Both the position numbers and the translations under genes were made by a program. The notes under the pieces are model-generated. The model did no database searches. It had not been told where the DNA came from and worked only from the letters and a program-made list of their open reading frames with translations. Source: Nitrospirota bacterium (lineage in GTDB: Bacteria; Nitrospirota; UBA9217). From it: 64,000 nucleotides of DNA. Where the stretch lies: contig OY760142.1 of assembly GCA_963663225.1 (NCBI GenBank), positions 1,972,333 through 2,036,332 of the forward strand, given 5' to 3'. Positions 59,258-64,000 of this stretch are shown here, piece by piece. The number at the start of each line of letters is the position of its first letter. Positions within the stretch are counted from its first letter, which is position 1.

Positions 59258-60367
59258 ATGGGAAAGAAAGACGAAGTCAGTAATCAGTTTCTTGAAGCTC
59301 TTGAATTCCGTGGAATCAAACGAAGAGATTTTTTGAAATTCTGCGGCGCAACCGCGGCTCTTATCGGCCTTTCCGAATTGCATGCACCTCATATTGCAGC
59401 AGCCTTGGAGAAAGCTGCGAAAAGACCGCCTGTCATATGGCTTAACTTCGGGTCCTGTTCGGGATGCACCGAGGCTTTTGTCAAAGCATCCTATCCGACT
59501 GCAGCAGATGTCATTCTGGATGTGCTGAGCGTGAATTACAACGAGACCATCATGGCTGCGGCCGGTCACCAGGTCGAGGAAGTGCTCGAGCAGAACAGAA
59601 AGGCGGGAGGTTATATCCTGATCGTTGAAGGCGGAGTGCCGACGAAAAAAGGATATGGCACAATGGGTGGAAAAGAGATGTTTGATGTTCTGAAGGAAAT
59701 GGCCGGACCGGCCATAGCTGTGGTTGCGGTGGGCAGCTGCGCTACCGATGGAGGAGTGCCTGCAGCCAAACCGAATCCAGGCCAATACATCGGCACCGGT
59801 GCTGCTCTTGAAAAGCTCGGCATTAAGAAACCGCTTATCAACCTTGATCGTTGCGCGCAGAATCCCGAGTATCTTGTCGGTGTGGTCGTCAATTATCTTC
59901 TTCTGAAGAAACTTCCCGAGCTTGACAGCCTGGGCAGACCTACCATGTACTATGGTCAGACCATTCATGATAATTGCGAACGCCGCGCGCATTTTGACGC
60001 CGGAAGATTTGTGGAAAAGTTCGGCACGAAGGAAGAGGCGCTCCAATATTGCCTTTATAAAGTCGGCTGCAAAGGCCCCATGGTTTATTCGGCATGCCCC
60101 AAGATTCAGGACAACGGCCATACGAGCTGGTGCGTCAAGGCGGGAGCTCCCTGTATCGGCTGCGCGGAACGCGGCTGGGCGGATAAGTTTGCTGGATTCT
60201 ATGAACCGCTTCCGGGTGTCAAGATACCTGGCCTGGGCGGCGTTGAAGCAGGCGCCGACAAGTTGGGCGCGGTTGCAGCAGTTGCAACTGCCGCAGGTAT
60301 CGCAATACATGCCGTTGCAACAAAAGCTTCAGGCAGGACCAAAGGACATGACGGAGGTGAAAAATAA
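59258..60367 (+). CDS. hyaA: [NiFe] hydrogenase small subunit (periplasmic, group 1) with Tat signal
   Basis: Twin-arginine RRDFLKF, FeS-cluster Cys ligands (GSCSGCTEAF, CPKIQDNGHTSWC, CIGC), C-terminal membrane anchor; SD GAAGGAGGA. Confidence 0.93.
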   Translation: MGKKDEVSNQFLEALEFRGIKRRDFLKFCGATAALIGLSELHAPHIAAALEKAAKRPPVIWLNFGSCSGCTEAFVKASYPTAADVILDVLSVNYNETIMAAAGHQVEEVLEQNRKAGGYILIVEGGVPTKKGYGTMGGKEMFDVLKEMAGPAIAVVAVGSCATDGGVPAAKPNPGQYIGTGAALEKLGIKKPLINLDRCAQNPEYLVGVVVNYLLLKKLPELDSLGRPTMYYGQTIHDNCERRAHFDAGRFVEKFGTKEEALQYCLYKVGCKGPMVYSACPKIQDNGHTSWCVKAGAPCIGCAERGWADKFAGFYEPLPGVKIPGLGGVEAGADKLGAVAAVATAAGIAIHAVATKASGRTKGHDGGEK

Positions 60368-61959
60368 TGGCCAGGATTACTGTTGATCCACTTACCAGAA
60401 TTGAGGGACACCTGAAGGTTGATGTCGAAATCGAAGGTGGAAAAGTAAAAGACGCATGGATGTCCGGCACAATGTTCCGAGGTTTTGAAATTATCCTGCA
60501 GGGCAGAGATCCCCGAGACGCCTGGCATATTGTTCAACGCATCTGCGGTGTCTGTCCGACCTCTCACGGGCATGCCTCTACCATGAGCATGGACGATGCC
60601 TTCAAGGTAAAACCGCCTGACAATGGACGGATTATCAGAAATATCGTTGAAGGCGCCCAGTTTGTGCACTCGCACATTCTGTGGTTCTATCATCTGAATG
60701 CCCTTGATTATGTTGACATTGTATCGGCACTCAAGGCGCAGCCCCGCGAAGCTTCGCTTAAAAAAGTGCAGAAGAAACTGAAGGCATATGTTGACTCAGG
60801 TCAGTTGGGGCCCTTTGCAAACGCATATTGGGGACATCCCGCATACAAACTGCCGCCTGATCTCAACCTGCTTGCAGTTGCACACTATCTCGAAGGGCTT
60901 GAAATGCAGGCAAAGGCCGCGCAGGTCAGCGCTCTGTTCGGCGGGAGAATGCCTATGACCATGACGAGCCCTCCGGGCGGCTCCAATCATGTGCCGAGCG
61001 TTGACGACCTGAAGAACTACCTGTTCCGCGTGAAAGAGCTTCAGGACTGGATTGACAATACGTTTATCCCCGATGTGCTCGCAATTGCACCGTATTATCT
61101 GGATCATGCGGCAATTGGAAAAGGACCTGCCAACTTCCTGTCATGGGGCGTTTTCGAAGATGCATCTTTTGATCCTAAGAAACGACTCTTCCCCAGAGGT
61201 GTGCTGCTTGCCAAGGACTTCCCGAAAATTCATGAGGCAAAGCCGGAGGATGTTACCGAGCACGTGACCCGCGGATGGTATAAGAACGGCAAGCCGTTGA
61301 ACCCCAGCGTCGGCGCGACCGAACCGGAGTTCACGGGATATGATGCAAACAAAAAATACAGCTGGTCCAAGGCGCCACGCCTAAACAATAGACCCATGGA
61401 GGCAGGAGCCCTTGCGCGCATCCTTGTAGCATATGCTGGCGGCAACCACACGGTGAAGAAGACCGTTGACGATGTACTGGCAAAACTCGGACAAGCCGGA
61501 AAACCGCAGGTTCTGATGAGCGTTCTCGGGAGAATTGCAACGAGGGCCCTGGAAGCAAAGATCGTAGCGGACAATATGTACCAGTGGGGCATCGATATGA
61601 TTGAAAATATATCGAAAGGAAATACCGCAGTGTACAATGACTACAAAATTCCTGATAAGGCACGGGGAGTCGGCCTTTGGGAAGCACCGCGCGGCGCCCT
61701 CGGGCACTGGATTGATATCGAAGGAAAGAAAATAAAAAATTATCAGGCAGTGGTTCCGTCGACATGGTACTGCTCTCCCCGTGATGATAATGGGGTACGC
61801 GGCCCGGTCGAGGAAGCTCTTGTGGGCACCAGGGTTGCAAACCCCGAGAAGCCGCTCGAGATTCTCCGGGTGGTCCACTCGTTCGATCCTTGTCTTGCCT
61901 GCACCGTGCATGTGATCCATCCCGAGTCGAACCGGATCATGGCCTTTAAGGTCAGCTAA
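60367..61959 (+). CDS. hyaB: [NiFe] hydrogenase large subunit
   Basis: N-terminal L1 RICGVCPTSH, C-terminal L2 DPCLACTVH + cleavable extension; start overlaps small-subunit stop. Confidence 0.95.
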   Translation: MARITVDPLTRIEGHLKVDVEIEGGKVKDAWMSGTMFRGFEIILQGRDPRDAWHIVQRICGVCPTSHGHASTMSMDDAFKVKPPDNGRIIRNIVEGAQFVHSHILWFYHLNALDYVDIVSALKAQPREASLKKVQKKLKAYVDSGQLGPFANAYWGHPAYKLPPDLNLLAVAHYLEGLEMQAKAAQVSALFGGRMPMTMTSPPGGSNHVPSVDDLKNYLFRVKELQDWIDNTFIPDVLAIAPYYLDHAAIGKGPANFLSWGVFEDASFDPKKRLFPRGVLLAKDFPKIHEAKPEDVTEHVTRGWYKNGKPLNPSVGATEPEFTGYDANKKYSWSKAPRLNNRPMEAGALARILVAYAGGNHTVKKTVDDVLAKLGQAGKPQVLMSVLGRIATRALEAKIVADNMYQWGIDMIENISKGNTAVYNDYKIPDKARGVGLWEAPRGALGHWIDIEGKKIKNYQAVVPSTWYCSPRDDNGVRGPVEEALVGTRVANPEKPLEILRVVHSFDPCLACTVHVIHPESNRIMAFKVS

Positions 61960-61970
61960 AGGGGGACGAT

Positions 61971-62612
61971 ATGGAAAAAAACATGATCAAGGAATGGAAT
62001 CGCGCATATATCATTGACCACTGGGTCAGGGTCGTCGCCATGGTGGTGCTTATTTTCACCGGTTTGTACATCCAATGGCCGTTTATATCCGGTGGACCGG
62101 ACAGTTTCATTATGGCCTGGATGCGGTTTTTCCACTTTGTTGCAGCCTATGCTTTTGTTCTGGGTCTTGTGGTTAGGGTGTATCTGGCATTTCGTTCCAC
62201 GTTTGATGCGGACTGGAAGGATTTCAATGTCATTCAGGCCATCAAAAATATTCCAGACATAGCCGGATACTATCTGTTCATCAAGGGATCACACAAAGAC
62301 TACAGAAAATACAATCCCTTGCAGGCGCTCTCGTACCTTTTTACGGGCGCGATGATAATCTTTTCCGCACTGACCGGGTTTGCCATTTACCATGGCAATG
62401 TATTCGGGATCATTCCGGCAGAGACCGGATTCCGGTGGGTCATAACGCTTCTCGGCGGCGAGTCCTACACGAGGATGTGGCACATTATTACGATGTGGTA
62501 CTTTATCATCTTCATGGTGATCCACGTCTACATGAGTATTATGATCAACTTTGTGAATAAAGATGGAACATTCATGTCGATCTTCACTGGGTATAAACTG
62601 AAAAAACATTAA
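61971..62612 (+). CDS. hyaC: Ni/Fe-hydrogenase b-type cytochrome subunit
   Basis: 213 aa, 4 TM, conserved His ligands. Confidence 0.85.
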   Translation: MEKNMIKEWNRAYIIDHWVRVVAMVVLIFTGLYIQWPFISGGPDSFIMAWMRFFHFVAAYAFVLGLVVRVYLAFRSTFDADWKDFNVIQAIKNIPDIAGYYLFIKGSHKDYRKYNPLQALSYLFTGAMIIFSALTGFAIYHGNVFGIIPAETGFRWVITLLGGESYTRMWHIITMWYFIIFMVIHVYMSIMINFVNKDGTFMSIFTGYKLKKH

Positions 62613-62661
62613 TACACTATGGACTCTGATGAACAATGAACAGATGCGGGGAGGCATGAAC

Positions 62662-63132
62662 ATGCCTCCCCGAAATATTTTGATTCTCGGTGTCGGCAAC
62701 CTGTTGCTTACCGACGATGGCTTCGGTGTTCACGTTGTCAATGCCCTCAAAAGTCACACCTTTCCCGATACGGTAAAACTGCTTGATGCGGGCGTAGTCA
62801 GCCACCAGTTGATTCCCGTACTTCATGAAACCGATCTCCTGATTGTCGTGGACGCTGTTGAAGCCGGCGATATCCCCGGTTCGCTGTTCAAATTTTCGCC
62901 GGATGACCTGCAGTTCAAGTCGGGCCAGATGTCTTCTCTGCACCAGCTTAGTCTGACTGATGTTCTGCAGATGACAGAACTCACGGGGAAAAGGCCGGAA
63001 ACGATTATTATTGCGGTTCAGCCTAAAAGCGTTTCCACCTGGTCGCTGGAATTAAGCGATGAGGTAAAGGCAGCCGTCCCAAAGGCCATAGAACTCGTGT
63101 TAAATGAGCTAAAGAAAGCCGGAATCTCGTGA
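62662..63132 (+). CDS. hyaD: Hydrogenase maturation endopeptidase (HyaD/HybD family)
   Basis: ILILGVGNLLLTDDGFGVHV start; Asp/His metal site; SD GGGGAGG before ATG at 62662. Confidence 0.88.
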   Translation: MPPRNILILGVGNLLLTDDGFGVHVVNALKSHTFPDTVKLLDAGVVSHQLIPVLHETDLLIVVDAVEAGDIPGSLFKFSPDDLQFKSGQMSSLHQLSLTDVLQMTELTGKRPETIIIAVQPKSVSTWSLELSDEVKAAVPKAIELVLNELKKAGIS

Positions 63133-63248
63133 AACATGTAGGATCATTCTCTCAGTTTTTTTCCTCGCTGACGATCTCACCGAAGCACAAATTCTGCAAT
63201 CAATAATTATTTTCTGATATAGTTCAGGCATTGGATCAAGGAAAGCGC

Positions 63249-63875
63249 ATGACATTTCAGACATGGACGGCTTTTGCAGTTGCAGCAGGCATAATACTGA
63301 TAGTGCCCGGTCCAACGGTCATTGCGGTAATCAGTCATGCCCTGACACAGGGACGCAAGGCAGTCGTACCGCTCATGATTGGTGTAGTTCTCGGTGATTT
63401 TACTGCTCTGACGCTCTCTTTGCTCGGGCTCGGCGCTGTTTTTGCGGCCTCAGCAAGACTTTATTTCGGTATAAAACTACTGGGGGCCATATATTTAATA
63501 TTCCTCGGCTACAGACTTTGGCGTATCAATCCTGAGAATAGGGGAGCAAGTGCTTCAATGAATATGGTTTCCAGAAAGAATCTGGTTGGCGCCTTGTTTA
63601 CTGTAACGGCACTGAACCCGAAAAGCATCGTCTTTTTTATGGCTTTTCTCCCGCAGTTTATAACCCCTGCGTCAGACGTGTCTCTCCAAATTGTAATATT
63701 GGGAGGAACATTTTTAACGCTTGCAGCACTGAATGCGGCGCTGTATGCATCTTTTTCCGGATATCTGCGGGGAAAAATTCAAAATAAAGAAATATATCGA
63801 TGGCTTAATCGTTGCGGAAAGGCGGTGCTGATTGCAGCGGGAATTCTTGCAGGAGAAATACATCGCTCGATATAA
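63249..63875 (+). CDS. LysE/RhtB-family amino-acid exporter
   Basis: MTFQTWTAFAVAAGIILIVPGP... 6 TM, LysE-type signature; SD AAGGAAAG. Confidence 0.8.
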   Translation: MTFQTWTAFAVAAGIILIVPGPTVIAVISHALTQGRKAVVPLMIGVVLGDFTALTLSLLGLGAVFAASARLYFGIKLLGAIYLIFLGYRLWRINPENRGASASMNMVSRKNLVGALFTVTALNPKSIVFFMAFLPQFITPASDVSLQIVILGGTFLTLAALNAALYASFSGYLRGKIQNKEIYRWLNRCGKAVLIAAGILAGEIHRSI

Positions 63876-64000
63876 ATGCCAACCCGACAGAGAAAAAACG
63901 ACAGAGGTATGCGAAGAAACGTAACAGAGCCGATAAAAGGTGTTTTTCTGGGGAATATGGTTGAGGATGTTTAGTTTATTTGCCGGCGGCTTTGATGGCC

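Noticed and set aside
61870-61959. Possible [NiFeSe] hydrogenase (Sec in the C-terminal DPUxxC motif)
   Set aside because: The C-terminal motif is DPCLAC, encoded by TGT/TGC codons. There is no in-frame TGA, so this is a standard [NiFe] enzyme.
1-64000. Search for tRNA, rRNA, tmRNA/SRP RNA or CRISPR repeats
   Set aside because: No T-arm/GTTCGA-type tRNA signatures were seen. There are no regularly spaced direct repeats and no rRNA-like conserved stretches.

Overview
This is a 64-kb chromosomal window, apparently from an anaerobic sulfate-reducer-like (Desulfobacterota-type) genome, densely packed with co-directional housekeeping operons. I found no rRNA, no tRNA and no CRISPR array.

Gene content:
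- One co-directional run of ten genes on the minus strand (719-10959) combines aromatic amino-acid biosynthesis (pheA-hisC-DAHP synthase-tyrA-aroA) with cmk-ispH-rpsA-sppA-ihfB.
- A cell-envelope cluster: an AMIN-domain amidase, a GerMN-domain protein, murI, a zf-HC2 anti-sigma-like protein, folC, lptD, cutA and an M23 peptidase.
- cspA, secA and two ArsR-family regulators.
- A LivKHMGF-type ABC importer fused to a LarA-family (nickel-pincer-cofactor) racemase homolog.
- Signalling genes: a FIST-domain protein, a PAS hybrid histidine kinase (HK), a GntR regulator, a methyl-accepting chemotaxis protein (MCP), a PP2C phosphatase, a multi-GAF histidine kinase and a CheY-like response regulator.
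- A glycogen module (galT-like, glgA), a lactate permease, and a periplasmic group-1 [NiFe] hydrogenase operon (small subunit, large subunit, cytochrome b, maturation protease).

Most interesting signals:
- A GrdB/PrdB-family selenoprotein gene that the ORF track splits into two ORFs at an in-frame TGA (33469-33471). The TGA sits in a U-x-x-C motif and a perfect 8-bp SECIS-like hairpin with a GUC loop begins 10 nt downstream.
- A second, family-less selenoprotein candidate (27879-28349). It has a C-x-x-U motif at its in-frame TGA and a GGUC-loop hairpin 15 nt downstream. It lies inside an otherwise ORF-poor, lower-GC 1.5-kb island after secA that also carries a small Cys-rich ORF.

Other items flagged:
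- A SPASM-like Cys-motif relic downstream of the selenoprotein.
- A secreted protein with an aromatic cluster and a Gly/Arg tail upstream of it.
- An ArsR (C-V-C motif) plus 4Fe-4S membrane protein pair.
- Palindromic operators, a 21-bp perfect hairpin, and direct repeats in a 650-bp AT-rich hydrogenase leader.
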